From an uncultured Chloroflexia bacterium (GTDB taxonomy: Bacteria > Chloroflexota > Limnocylindria > Limnocylindrales > CSP1-4), in NCBI GenBank assembly GCA_963813535.1, contig CAWEZH010000002.1, forward strand, positions 128,001 to 192,000: DNA of 64,000 nucleotides, written 5' to 3'. Position 1 is the first letter of the stretch. Each line of letters starts with the position of its first letter. Under the pieces are notes generated by a model that did not search any database, was not told the DNA's origin, and worked only from the letters and a program-made list of their open reading frames with translations. The translations under genes and the position numbers were made by a program. This document shows, piece after piece, positions 9,153 to 19,410 of the stretch.

Positions 9153-11945
9153 ATGACCACGACCACGCCCTCTCCGGCTACGGCCGACCGCTCCCACACG
9201 GCGGCCAAGCGCTACATCTATGCCTGGGGTGAGGGCACGGCCGAGGGCAACGCGGGCATGCGCGACCTCCTCGGCGGGAAGGGCGCAGGCCTGGCCGAGA
9301 TGACCATCGCCGGTCTCCCGACCCCGCCCGGTTTCACGATCACGACCGAAGCCTGCAACGACTACTTCGCCAACGGGGAGCGTCTGCCCGACGGCCTGTG
9401 GGACGACGTGCTCGAGGCGGTCAAGGAGGTCGAGCGGCGGACCGGCAAGGGCTTCGGCGACCCCTCGAACCCACTCCTCGTGAGTGTTCGCTCGGGCGCC
9501 AAGTTCTCGATGCCCGGGATGATGGACACGGTCCTGAACCTCGGCTTGAACGAGCAGACGCTGCAGGGCCTCATCGGGCTCACGAACAACGAGCGGTTCG
9601 GCTGGGACGCGTACCGCCGGTTCATCCAGATGTTCGGTCGCATCGTGATGGAGGTCAGCGGCGAGCGCTTCGACCATGCCCTCGACGAAGCCAAGGCGAG
9701 TCACGGTGCGAAGCAGGACACCGACCTCGACGCCGCGGCCCTCAAGGCCCTCGTCGGCGAGTTCAAGTCGATCGTCAAGGCCGACACGGGTCGGGACTTC
9801 CCGGACGACCCCGACGAGCAGCTCGACCTCGCGATCAAGGCGGTGTTCGCGAGCTGGTTCGGCAAGCGCGCCCGCGACTACCGCAAGAACCAGGCCATCC
9901 CCGACGACCTCGGCACCGCCGTCAACGTCGTGACGATGGTGTTCGGGAACATGGGCGACGACTCCGGCACGGGCGTCGCGTTCACGCGCGACCCGAACAC
10001 CGGCGAGAAGGTGCTCTTCGGCGAGTACCTGACCAACGCCCAGGGGGAGGATGTCGTGGCCGGCATCCGGACCGCGCCGAAGATCGCGCAGATGCAGACC
10101 GACATGCCCGAGGTCTACGCCGAGTTCCAGCGCATCGGTCAGCAACTCGAGGCGCACTACCGGGACGTGCAGGACCTCGAGTTCACCATCGAGCGCGGCC
10201 GCCTGTACATGCTCCAGACACGGTCCGCGAAGCGGACGGCGGCCGCGGCTGTGCGCATCGCCGCGGACATGGTCGAGGACGGCACGATCACCAAGGAGGA
10301 AGCGATCGCCCGGATCGAGCCCGGCCACGTCGACCAGCTGCTGCGCGACCAGTTCGACCAGGCCGGGCTGCAGGCCGCGACCCGCATCGCCAAGGGTCTC
10401 AATGCCTCACCGGGCGCGGCGGTCGGTCGCGCCGTGTTCAGTGCCGACACCGCCGTGGAGTGGGTCGAGAAGGGCGAGAAGGTCATCCTCGTCCGTATCG
10501 AGACGTCGCCCGACGACTTCCACGGCATGGCCGTCGCCCAGGGCATCCTCACCGCCCGTGGTGGAGCCACCAGCCACGCCGCCGTGGTGGCACGCCAGAT
10601 CGGCAAGCCGTGCGTCGCCGGTTGCGCCGAGCTCGTCATCGACTACGCCATGAAGACCGCCCGCAGCTCGGACAGCGGCGTCTCGTTCAAGGAAGGCGAC
10701 TCGATCAGCCTCGACGGCGCGACGGGGACGGTCTACGAGGGTGCGATCCCCACGGTCAGTGCACGGTTCGAGGATCAGCCCGAGCTACAGAAGATCCTCG
10801 GCTGGGCCGACGAGATCCGGCGCATGGGCGTCTGGACCAACGCCGACAAGCCCGAGGAGGCGGCCCAGGCGCGCGGCTACGGGGCCGAGGGCATCGGCCT
10901 CTGTCGGACCGAGCACATGTTCCGCGAGGGGGAGCGGCTCGACATCGTCCGGGGCGCGATCCTGGTCGCCAGCCAGGCCACCCGGGCGAAGGCCAAGCTG
11001 ACCGCCGGCGACTCGCTCGATGCGGACGAGCGCGAGGCGATCGCCACGTTCGACGCGGCCATGGCCAAGCTCGAAGTGCTCCAGCAAGGCGACTTCGAGG
11101 GCATCTTCAAGGCGATGGACGGCCTGCCGGTCGTCATCCGCCTGATCGACCCACCCCTCCATGAGTTCCTGCCCAACCTCGAGGACCAGCTCGTCAAGGT
11201 CACCAGAGCGGAGTCGACCGGCGGCGCGAGCCAGGCGGACAAGGAGCTCCTCGCGACCATCAGATCGTTGCACGAGCAGAACCCGATGCTCGGGTTGCGC
11301 GGGGTGCGCCTGGGCCTGACGATCCCGGACTTCGTGAAGGTCCAGACACGGGCGATCCTCAATGCCCAGATCGCGGTCAAGCGCGCCGGTGGCAACCCGA
11401 TCGCCAAGATCATGATCCCGCTGGTCGGTCACCCGAATGAGCTGCGGCGCACCAAGGAGCTGCTCGAAGCCGAGGTCGAAGCGGTCGAAGCCGCCGCGGG
11501 CGGCGTCGATGTCGACTACAAGTTCGGCACGATGATCGAGGTCCCACGTGGTGCGCTCGTCGCGGACGAGATCGCCAAGGATGCCGCGTTCTTCAGCTTC
11601 GGCACGAACGACCTGACCCAGATGACGTTCGGCTACAGTCGGGACGACGCCGAGGGCGGCTTCCTGCTCAAGTACGTCGAAGACGGCATCCTGCCGGTCA
11701 ACCCGTTCCAGACGCTCGACGACGCGGTCGCCGGCCTGATGCAGGTCGCCGTGGACAAGGGTCGGGCGACGCGCCCGGACCTCGAGATCGGCATCTGCGG
11801 GGAGCATGGCGGCGACCCGGCCTCGATCTTCAAGTGCGAGAAGCTCGGCCTCGACTACGTCTCCTGCTCACCGTTCCGTGTCCCCGTCGCGAGGCTTGCC
11901 GCCGCCCAGGCCGCCCTCACCACGGCCGCCGAACGCGACAAATAG
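9153..11945 (+). CDS. ppdK: pyruvate, phosphate dikinase
   Basis: LLGGKGAGL, VSVRSGA..SMPGMMDT, GGATSHAAVVAR phospho-His, GIGLCRTEHMF, FSFGTNDLTQ, GICGEHGGDP. Confidence 0.98.
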   Translation: MTTTTPSPATADRSHTAAKRYIYAWGEGTAEGNAGMRDLLGGKGAGLAEMTIAGLPTPPGFTITTEACNDYFANGERLPDGLWDDVLEAVKEVERRTGKGFGDPSNPLLVSVRSGAKFSMPGMMDTVLNLGLNEQTLQGLIGLTNNERFGWDAYRRFIQMFGRIVMEVSGERFDHALDEAKASHGAKQDTDLDAAALKALVGEFKSIVKADTGRDFPDDPDEQLDLAIKAVFASWFGKRARDYRKNQAIPDDLGTAVNVVTMVFGNMGDDSGTGVAFTRDPNTGEKVLFGEYLTNAQGEDVVAGIRTAPKIAQMQTDMPEVYAEFQRIGQQLEAHYRDVQDLEFTIERGRLYMLQTRSAKRTAAAAVRIAADMVEDGTITKEEAIARIEPGHVDQLLRDQFDQAGLQAATRIAKGLNASPGAAVGRAVFSADTAVEWVEKGEKVILVRIETSPDDFHGMAVAQGILTARGGATSHAAVVARQIGKPCVAGCAELVIDYAMKTARSSDSGVSFKEGDSISLDGATGTVYEGAIPTVSARFEDQPELQKILGWADEIRRMGVWTNADKPEEAAQARGYGAEGIGLCRTEHMFREGERLDIVRGAILVASQATRAKAKLTAGDSLDADEREAIATFDAAMAKLEVLQQGDFEGIFKAMDGLPVVIRLIDPPLHEFLPNLEDQLVKVTRAESTGGASQADKELLATIRSLHEQNPMLGLRGVRLGLTIPDFVKVQTRAILNAQIAVKRAGGNPIAKIMIPLVGHPNELRRTKELLEAEVEAVEAAAGGVDVDYKFGTMIEVPRGALVADEIAKDAAFFSFGTNDLTQMTFGYSRDDAEGGFLLKYVEDGILPVNPFQTLDDAVAGLMQVAVDKGRATRPDLEIGICGEHGGDPASIFKCEKLGLDYVSCSPFRVPVARLAAAQAALTTAAERDK

Positions 11946-12075
11946 CGACAAATAGCGCTGTTCTCGGCCCTGTCGGCCGATTCTCGGAAATGCCTCGATG
12001 CACCAGTGTGGATAGAAAGGGGTTGCAACGGGACTGTCCGGTGTAGTCTAGTGACGCACAGGGGGCGAGAGCAGC

Positions 12076-12702
12076 GTGCAGGTCGACATCGAACAGTACA
12101 TCTACGCACTGCGAGCAGGGATCGGCATGGTGCCGCCGGTCCTGTGGGCCATCGTGTTGCTGGGGGGACCCACTGCGGGATGGCTCCTGTACCAATTCGT
12201 GGTGCAACCCCGCACCGCGCGGATGCGGGGCTCGGACCGCTCCGCGATGTGGGTATGCCATAGCTGCCGGTCGGTCAACGACTTGCGCATGCCGCGCTGC
12301 TATCGCTGCGACGCCGCACCCGACGAGGAAGCCCTCGAAGTCATCAATTCGCGCCCGACCGGTCCGATCCCGCTCTCCCCGGTCGGCCCGGGGCTCGACC
12401 TCGGCGGATCGCCGACCTCCCTGCCGCGGCCGATCTCCCGGATCGAGCGAGCCGAAGAGGTGTGGGTCGAGGACGAGGAGTGGCACGGGGAGGTGGTCCA
12501 GCGCGAAGCTGCGGCACTCCCCGAAGTGGCCGCGATGACCGAGGTCGGCCAGGCATCCAACGGTCGATGGTCCGCCCGACCCCCCGGACCGATCCCCGTC
12601 GGCCCCGGCCGCCCGGCCGTCGCGCGACCCGCTGTGGCACGACCGCGACGCGCCGTCGTCGCGGGTTCCGTACCGGATCCTGACGACTCGCCCGCGGCGT
12701 GA
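12076..12702 (+). CDS. membrane-anchored protein with RanBP2-type zinc finger and Pro-rich tail
   Basis: One TM helix, then WVCHSCRSVNDLRMPRCYRC; GTGA overlap with ndh. Confidence 0.7.
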   Translation: MQVDIEQYIYALRAGIGMVPPVLWAIVLLGGPTAGWLLYQFVVQPRTARMRGSDRSAMWVCHSCRSVNDLRMPRCYRCDAAPDEEALEVINSRPTGPIPLSPVGPGLDLGGSPTSLPRPISRIERAEEVWVEDEEWHGEVVQREAAALPEVAAMTEVGQASNGRWSARPPGPIPVGPGRPAVARPAVARPRRAVVAGSVPDPDDSPAA

Positions 12703-14084
12703 CCGCCGCCCCCGCTGAGCGGACCCGTCACCGGGTCCTGATCGTCGGCGGGGGATTCGCCGGGCTCTACGCGGCCCGAAACCTCAAGAGCGACCCCGAG
12801 GTCGCGGTCACCCTGCTCGACCGGCGCAACTTTCACCTGTTCCAGCCGATGCTCTACCAGGTCGCGACCGGCGCGCTCTCGCCGGCCGACATCGCGCAGC
12901 CCCTGCGCGCGGTCTTGTCGCGGCAGCGGAACGCGACGGTCATCCTCGGCGAGGCGATCGGCATCGACGTCGACAAGCGCGAGGTCCAGGTCTCCGACGG
13001 CGGCCCGATCCGGTACGACACGCTCATCGTGGCGACCGGTGCCCATCACACGTTCTTCGGGCACGACGACTGGGCCCAGCACGCACAGGGGCTCAAGACG
13101 CTCGAGGACGCGATCGAGATCCGGCGACGCATCCTCATCGCCTTCGAGGCCGCGGAACGGGAAGCCGATCCGGAACGGCGTCGCGAGTGGATGACTTTCG
13201 TGCTGGTCGGTGGCGGGCCGACGGGAGTAGAACTCGGGGGCTCGCTCGGCGAGATCGCCCGTGACACGCTCCGACGCGACTTCCGGGCGATCGACCCGTC
13301 GGATGCGCGGATCATCCTCATCGAGGCGATGGATCGCCTACTGCCGACCTTCCCGCCCGGTCGATCCGCCTCGGCGCGGCGCCAGCTCGAGCGACTCGGC
13401 GTCGAGGTGCGCACCGGCATGACCGTGACCCACATCGACGGCAGCAGCGTTCGGGTCCGCCCGACCGCCGACAAGGAGGCGGCCGAGGAGACCATTCCCA
13501 CGCGGACCGTCCTCTGGGGCGCCGGCGTCATCGCCTCGTCGTTCGCCCGCAAGGTGGCCACCGCGGCCGGCGCCGAGACCGACCGCGTGGGCCGTGTCCT
13601 GGTGGAGCCCGACCTGACCCTGCCCGGCCATCCGGAGATCTTCGTGGTCGGCGACGCGGCGGTGCAGCCCTGGAAGGAGGGGCGGCCGACCCCGGGCGTC
13701 GCCCAGGGCGGCATCCAGGGCGGATCGTATGCCGCCAAGGTCATCCGCCGCCGCATCCTCGGCCGCCCGTACGAGCCGTATCGCTACAGCAACCATGGCG
13801 ACGTCGCGGTCATCGGCCGCCTGTCGGGCGTGACCGATATCCCGTGGATGGGACCGTTCGGCCAGCAGGGCGGCTTCACGGCCTGGTTGCTGTGGATCGG
13901 CATCCACATCGCCTATCTGATCGGGTTCGCCAACCGTCTCGTCGTGCTCGTCCGCTGGGCGGGGTCGTTCTTCACGCACGGCCGCGGATCCCGCCTGATC
14001 ACGGCCGGCACGCTGCTACCCCCGATCGAGGAACCCGAACCGCCGATGATGCCGCCGCCGGAAGACGACGGGGCGGCGTCGTAG
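12699..14084 (+). CDS. ndh: type II NADH dehydrogenase (NAD(P)/FAD-dependent oxidoreductase)
   Basis: GGGFAG, FQPMLYQVATG, GGGPTGVE, FVVGD. Confidence 0.9.
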   Translation: MTAAPAERTRHRVLIVGGGFAGLYAARNLKSDPEVAVTLLDRRNFHLFQPMLYQVATGALSPADIAQPLRAVLSRQRNATVILGEAIGIDVDKREVQVSDGGPIRYDTLIVATGAHHTFFGHDDWAQHAQGLKTLEDAIEIRRRILIAFEAAEREADPERRREWMTFVLVGGGPTGVELGGSLGEIARDTLRRDFRAIDPSDARIILIEAMDRLLPTFPPGRSASARRQLERLGVEVRTGMTVTHIDGSSVRVRPTADKEAAEETIPTRTVLWGAGVIASSFARKVATAAGAETDRVGRVLVEPDLTLPGHPEIFVVGDAAVQPWKEGRPTPGVAQGGIQGGSYAAKVIRRRILGRPYEPYRYSNHGDVAVIGRLSGVTDIPWMGPFGQQGGFTAWLLWIGIHIAYLIGFANRLVVLVRWAGSFFTHGRGSRLITAGTLLPPIEEPEPPMMPPPEDDGAAS

Positions 14085-14139
14085 CCAGGTCAAGGCCGGG
14101 CTTGAGCCCGGGTCGACACGGCTCGGGCTCCGTTTCGGG

Positions 14140-14297
14140 TGATGCATATTTCCCGGACTCGGCCGACGGATCCGTCGTTCCGGTGATGACCCCAGGGGCC
14201 GCATCGCTGACGCGTGGCCCCGCGTGGCCCGCGGCGTGATGCGGGCCAGGGTCATCACGACGTCAGGGTCCGGCCGCCCGTCCGGGAATATGCATCA
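14140..14297. repeat. palindromic intergenic repeat, full copy (A-B...B'-A')
   Basis: TGATGCATATTTCCCGG...GATGACCCCAGGGGCCGCATC...GATGCGGGCCAGGGTCATC...CCGGGAATATGCATCA. Confidence 0.8.
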
Positions 14298-15409
14298 GAA
14301 CTCGATCACCTGGCGGACGAACCGGCCCTCGCGCATCGCCGCGAACGCATCCTCGACATCGTCGAGGCCGATGCGGCGGTCGATCAGCGCACCCACCGGT
14401 AGCGTCCCGTCCAGCGTCCAGCCGGCATACCGCGGGAAGTCGATCGCCGGCTCCGCAGAGCCGTAGTTCGAGCCGATGATCCGGCGCGCGCCATCGACGA
14501 ACGGGTAGACCTCGAAGGCGGCTCGCTCGCCGATCGGTGTCATGCCGACGAGCACGGCCGTCCCGCCGACCGGCAGGGCGGCGATGGCGAGCTCCACGGT
14601 CGATGGACGGCCGATCGCTTCGAAGACGAAGTCGGGGCCGCCGTCGGTCAGGTCGCGCAAGGCCTCGGCCGTCGACACCGGGGTCACCGTCGGCGAGCAA
14701 TCCATCGGTCGCGCCGACCGCCCTGGCCGCATCGAGCTTCGCCGCCATCCGGTCGATCGCCACGATCCGAGACGCGCCGGCGACCACGGCACCCATCACG
14801 CACGACAGCCCGACGCCGCCCAGGCCGATCACGGCCACCGATGCGCCCGCTCGGGACCGCGGCCGTCTTCAGCACCGCCCCGACGCCGGTCGTCACGCAG
14901 CATCCGATGAGTGCCGCCGCCCCAGGGTCGACGCCGTCGGGGAGTGGGATCGCCGCCGCGGCCGGCACGACCGATGCCTCGGCCATCGTGGCGATCGCGC
15001 AGTACGACCGGACGCCGCGGAACGCCGTCTCGCCGTCGAGCAGCGCGTGCCGGTACGACGGGGAGTCGGGACATTCCCAGATCCGACCGCGCCGGCACGA
15101 CCGGCAGACCCCGCACGGGATCAGCCATGCCAGCGCGACCAGCTCGCCGACCCGTGGCGACGTCACGCCCGGCCCGACCGCCTCGACCACCCCGGCACCC
15201 TCGTGGCCCATCACGATCGGCGTCGGTCGATCCCACTCGCCGTCGCGGACGTGCAGGTCGGAATGGCACACGCCGGACGCGAGCATCCGCACGCGCACCT
15301 CGCCGACGCGTGGCTCGATGAGCTCGAGCTCGCGGATCTCGACCGGTCGACCGACCTCGGTCAGGACGGCCGCTCGGACGGTCGCTCGGACGCCGGGCAG
15401 GGGTGGCAC
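14295..15409 (-). CDS. zinc-binding alcohol dehydrogenase (class III-like), split by apparent frameshifts near 14690 and 14840
   Basis: GVCHSD, GHEGAG, CGVCRSC, IGCCVTTG and GLGGVG motifs spread over three frames. Confidence 0.88.
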
Positions 15410-15429
15410 ACCGCCAGTATCGTTGCCGG

Positions 15430-16278
15430 ATGGACCCCATGCCCCCCGGTTTCCGGTGGCCCGACGGCTACCGCGCGGCCGCGATGTTCACTTTCGATGT
15501 CGACGCCGAGGCGGTCATGCTGACCGACCACCCCGAGGTCGTCGACTACCTCGACGTCATCGGTCATCAGCGGTACGGGCCACAGGTCGCGGTGCCTCGA
15601 CTGCTCCGGATGCTCGACCGACGCAAACTGCGGACGACGTTCTTCGTCCCGGGCTGGGTCGCGGAAACGTGGCCCGATGTCGCTCGCTCGATCCGCGATG
15701 CCGGTCACGAGATCGGCCATCACGGCTACATGCACGAGAGCGTGCGCGGCAAGGACGAGGCGACCGAGGCGGGCTACCTCACGCGGGGGCTCGAGGCGCT
15801 CGACTCCGTCCTCGGCATCCGGCCGATCGGCTATCGAGCACCCTCCTGCGACATGAACTTCCGGACGCCCGACCTGCTCGCCAAGCACGGATTCACGTAC
15901 AGCTCCGGGATGATGGATTCGGACCATCCGTACAAGTGGGCATCCGGTCTCATCGAGCTGCCGATGCACTGGAGCCTCGACGACTGGAACCGGTACAACT
16001 ACGTCCCGGGCTATGCGGCATCGCCGATCCTGCGGCCGAGCGAGGTCTGCGCCGGGTGGGCGGAGGAGCTCGACGCGATCGTCGAGGTCGGCGGGCTGTT
16101 CGACCTGACGATGCATCCGTTCATCAGCGGTCGACCGGCCCGTGCGGCGGCGCTCGAGCAGCTGATCGAACGCGCGCAGTCGATGGACGGCGTGTGGGTC
16201 GCGGCGGGCGATGAGATCGCCGCCTGGGTCGCCGGCCTGGACCTGCCCGGGGTCACCCACGAGCCGCCGGTCGTCTAG
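15430..16278 (+). CDS. polysaccharide deacetylase family (PuuE/PgdA-like) protein
   Basis: TFDVD, TFFVPG, HEIGHHGYMHE, GYRAPS, LTMHP. Confidence 0.9.
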   Translation: MDPMPPGFRWPDGYRAAAMFTFDVDAEAVMLTDHPEVVDYLDVIGHQRYGPQVAVPRLLRMLDRRKLRTTFFVPGWVAETWPDVARSIRDAGHEIGHHGYMHESVRGKDEATEAGYLTRGLEALDSVLGIRPIGYRAPSCDMNFRTPDLLAKHGFTYSSGMMDSDHPYKWASGLIELPMHWSLDDWNRYNYVPGYAASPILRPSEVCAGWAEELDAIVEVGGLFDLTMHPFISGRPARAAALEQLIERAQSMDGVWVAAGDEIAAWVAGLDLPGVTHEPPVV

Positions 16279-16324
16279 CGGTCGACACGCGGCACGTCGC
16301 GGCCGTCCTGCTGATCGTCCTCGG

Positions 16325-16786
16325 CTAGCCGGCCGGCACGACGCGCATCACGCCGACCATGCCGTACGCCTCGTGGCCAGGCAGGTGGCAGATGAAGAGG
16401 TAGTCCCCGGGCGTATCGAAGACCACGGTCGTCGTCGCGTCGGAGCCGGGAGCCAGCGACACCTCGGTCGGGCGGTCGCCGTGGTGCGGTTCCGTGCCGG
16501 TCCGGTGACGCTCGTGGAACGCGGCATCACCAACGAGCCATTCGTGCTCGATCGGGTCCGCGTTGACCAGCGTGATCGTGATCGGGACGCCGGCCCTGGC
16601 GACCACCTCGGTCGGCGTGTACCTCGAGAAGTGGATCCCGATGGTGGCCGCCGTCGAGCCGCGATCGCCATCCAGACCGGGCGCCCGGACCCATGCCGCG
16701 GCGATCCCCGCGAGGCCGAGCGAAAGGGCGATCCCACCGACCAGGGCAAGGCGCCCCGGTCGGTGGGTCGAAACGCTGCGAGCCAT
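16325..16786 (-). CDS. cupredoxin (plastocyanin/azurin-like) copper-binding protein
   Basis: N-terminal TM; HEW...YLFICHLPGHEAYGMVG type-1 Cu motif. Confidence 0.88.
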   Translation of the reverse strand: MARSVSTHRPGRLALVGGIALSLGLAGIAAAWVRAPGLDGDRGSTAATIGIHFSRYTPTEVVARAGVPITITLVNADPIEHEWLVGDAAFHERHRTGTEPHHGDRPTEVSLAPGSDATTTVVFDTPGDYLFICHLPGHEAYGMVGVMRVVPAG

Positions 16787-17853
16787 CAGGCGGGCCGCAA
16801 CCCCGAAAGCTGATGCCGGGCGATCAGCCAGAGGATCCCGCCGATGCCGAGCGACACGAACGAGATGCCGGCGAACCAGCGGATCGAGGACATCACGGTC
16901 GGATCGCTGGCGCCGGGCATATCGATACCAGCGTCCACGCGGGACGGCGCGTTGGCGCCGGACACGTCGACCGCGAGGTCGTACCCGAACTGTGGGGCCG
17001 TCCCGTCGAGCGCGATCTTCGTCAGCCACGCCTTGTCCGGGACCCACTCCATGCCACGGTCGGACCGCAGATCCGAGAGCAGCAGGTCGCTGGCCGGTGC
17101 CGCGTGCGTGACGGTCATCCCGTTGAACCCGTCGGGGTAGGGGAGCATCGCCGGCGACTGGTCGGTCAGCAGGTACACGTCGGCCTGGACGACCTCGCTT
17201 TCGCTCTTGCCGAGGGCGAGGATCCGGAGCGGGACCCACGGGTTGTGCGTGGGGATCGTGATGTGGACCGGTGTCCCATCACCGACGTTCTGGCCGCGGG
17301 CGGCGGCTGCGTCGCCGTCGAACGCGGCGGCAAGGAAGATCTGGCTGCGCTGCGCGTAGAAATCGAGGACCTCCGGCGCGTCGGGCGGGAGGCGGAAGCC
17401 GTGGTCCGTCGCCCAGGTGCCGACCTCCTGCGCGCCACCGCGCAGGACCGTGATGTCCAGGGCGTCGATGGTCACTTCCATCAGGACTTCCGCGCTCGCC
17501 GCGGCCGATTGGGCTGCACCGAGTCGGAGGAAGTCGCCCTCGGGAACCGGATCGGTCTCGCGGATCAGGCGCTGGAGCGTCCAGTCGCCACCCTTCTCGA
17601 CGCTCGTCGGTATGCCGGGGAGTGGCGTGAGGCTGCCGAAGGCACCTCCGCCGCCGGCGAACTCGAACGAGGTCACGTAGTGCTCGACCCCGTCGTGGTA
17701 TCCCGCGAACGTCGTCGTCCGCAGGAGGTTGACCGCCCCGTTGGGTCCGATGAGCCCGCCGCAGGCTAGAGCGGGGGCCGCGCTGATGGCGACCAGGAGG
17801 AGGCCGGCGGCGAGGGCGATGGTCCGCCTGCCGGCACGAGTGATCGATCGCAT
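16786..17853 (-). CDS. DUF2330 domain exported protein with C-terminal TM
   Basis: Signal peptide ending ALACG; AGGAGG RBS; C-terminal hydrophobic anchor. Confidence 0.75.
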   Translation of the reverse strand: MRSITRAGRRTIALAAGLLLVAISAAPALACGGLIGPNGAVNLLRTTTFAGYHDGVEHYVTSFEFAGGGGAFGSLTPLPGIPTSVEKGGDWTLQRLIRETDPVPEGDFLRLGAAQSAAASAEVLMEVTIDALDITVLRGGAQEVGTWATDHGFRLPPDAPEVLDFYAQRSQIFLAAAFDGDAAAARGQNVGDGTPVHITIPTHNPWVPLRILALGKSESEVVQADVYLLTDQSPAMLPYPDGFNGMTVTHAAPASDLLLSDLRSDRGMEWVPDKAWLTKIALDGTAPQFGYDLAVDVSGANAPSRVDAGIDMPGASDPTVMSSIRWFAGISFVSLGIGGILWLIARHQLSGLRPA

Positions 17854-17978
17854 CGAACGATCCTCCTGTGCAACGGCCGGCCCCAGGGCATTGGGGTCTG
17901 GTCCGTTTCGGGTGAGACTCCAGATCGGCCCGGGATGTTCCGTCCTCGTCGCGCCGACGCGCCACTGGCGACGAGCGC

Positions 17979-18939
17979 CTACCGCCGCGCCAACTCCGCC
18001 GCCTTGCGGAAGCCGTTGATGGCATCCGTCGCCACGATGACCACGACGGTCACGCCGATCACGATGCCGGTCACCTCGAGCCACGTGCCATCGGTAGCGG
18101 TGCCCACCTCCGCGACGAGGGCCGGATTGAACAGCAAGTCGTTCTGAAGCAGCCAGACGGCCGGGATGGCGAACCCCGCGCCGAGGGCGGCGTTGATGAA
18201 GGCGAACGTCCACGTCCAGCGACCGCGCATGTAGAGCACGATCGTGAACACGATCTCGAGCAGCGAGATGACGATGAAGTAGGGGAGCCAGAACGACCAG
18301 AGGGACGGGTCGAACAGCGGGAACGCTTGCCCCTCGATGACGATCGGCGACTGCAGCTGCACCCACAGGATGCCGACGACGACGAAGACGTTGGCGATGA
18401 CGGTGCTGACGGCATCGGCGATGCTGATGCGACCGTCGTCGGGCAGCTCCGGCAGGTCGTCGACCGTCCAAGGCTTGCCCGTGATCGACTCGACGTTCGC
18501 GGCGCGCTCGATGAGGGCGAAGATGAGCGTCACCCAGAACAGGATCTGCAGGCTGACCGTCACGGCCGTCCCGATGCCCGCCGTGATCGCCTGACCGACC
18601 GTGTTGCCGGACAACAGGTTGGCGGTGAGCACGACGGCCGAGACGATCGGGACGATGATCGGCAGCAGCAGCGTCAGGAGACGCTTCCACTCGGCGAACC
18701 AGGTGGGTCCGATCAGGTACTGTGGCTGCTCGGAGTAGCGGGCAGCCAGCACACTCGGATCGCCGAGTTCGGCCAGCGCGGCCCGCTCGACCGCCTCGGC
18801 GCTCGGTGCGCGGCTCCCCGTTCCGTGCCTCGATGGCATCGGCGACGAGCGCTCTGATCTCCGGCTCGAGCTCGGTTCGTTGTGAGCGTGGCACCGCGCG
18901 GAGCACGGCCCACACGTATCGGTCGGTGAGGGCGGTCAT
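17979..18939 (-). CDS. HAAS / permease-prefix domain membrane protein (apparent frameshift near 18810)
   Basis: LTDRYVWAV...ELEPEIRALVADAIE + ERAALAELGDPSVLAARY...YLIGP; WTVDDLPELP; multiple TM. Confidence 0.82.
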
Positions 18940-19277
18940 CTGTCATCTCCTTGGGCAAGGGCGCGGATCGACGCATCGAGCCGCTTCCAGTCATCGAGGA
19001 GCTCCGTGGCGAACTGGTTGCCGGCGGGGCTGGTCCGGTAGAACTTGCGTGGCCGCGACTCCTCGGTGTTCCACTCGCTGGTCAGCACGCCCTGCGACTC
19101 CAGGCGCCGGAGGAGGGGGTAGAGCGTGTTGGCATCGACGCTGAACCCGAGATCGCGCAGCTGGTCGAGCAGCGCGTAGCCGTAGCCCGGTCGCCGAAGC
19201 AGGAGCAGGCACGCCAGCACGACGGTGCCGCGTCGCAGTTCCTGCCGGCCGCCGGCCAGGAGTTCGGTGAGGTCCAT
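18936..19277 (-). CDS. PadR family transcriptional regulator
   Basis: QELRRG...YGYAL...NTLYPLLRRLESQG...RPRKFYRT. Confidence 0.92.
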   Translation of the reverse strand: MDLTELLAGGRQELRRGTVVLACLLLLRRPGYGYALLDQLRDLGFSVDANTLYPLLRRLESQGVLTSEWNTEESRPRKFYRTSPAGNQFATELLDDWKRLDASIRALAQGDDR

Positions 19278-19284
19278 GAGCGGC

Positions 19285-19313
19285 ACTATAGTGTGTGACA
19301 CACACTAATGCAA
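19285..19313 (-). promoter_or_regulatory. sigma70 promoter (probably leaderless) with overlapping perfect palindromic operator
   Basis: Minus strand TTGCAT-17bp-TATAGT, 7 nt from the ATG; TAGTGTGTG-A-CACACACTA at 19289-19307. Confidence 0.8.
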
Positions 19314-19410
19314 GTCCTACATCGATTTGCCCTCGCGAACAGGCGTCCGGTGCACGGCTAGCCCCATCGCGGGGTGACAGCGGCCGGTCCGAGCGGTCAG
19401 ACTTCCCGCC

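Noticed and set aside
12007-12015. DnaA-box-like TGTGGATAG
   Set aside because: A single imperfect box with no cluster or origin genes
16786-18939. 717-aa ORF suggesting a HAAS-DUF2330 fusion
   Set aside because: Artefact of a frameshift; the HAAS gene ends at 17979 and DUF2330 has its own RBS and signal peptide at 17853
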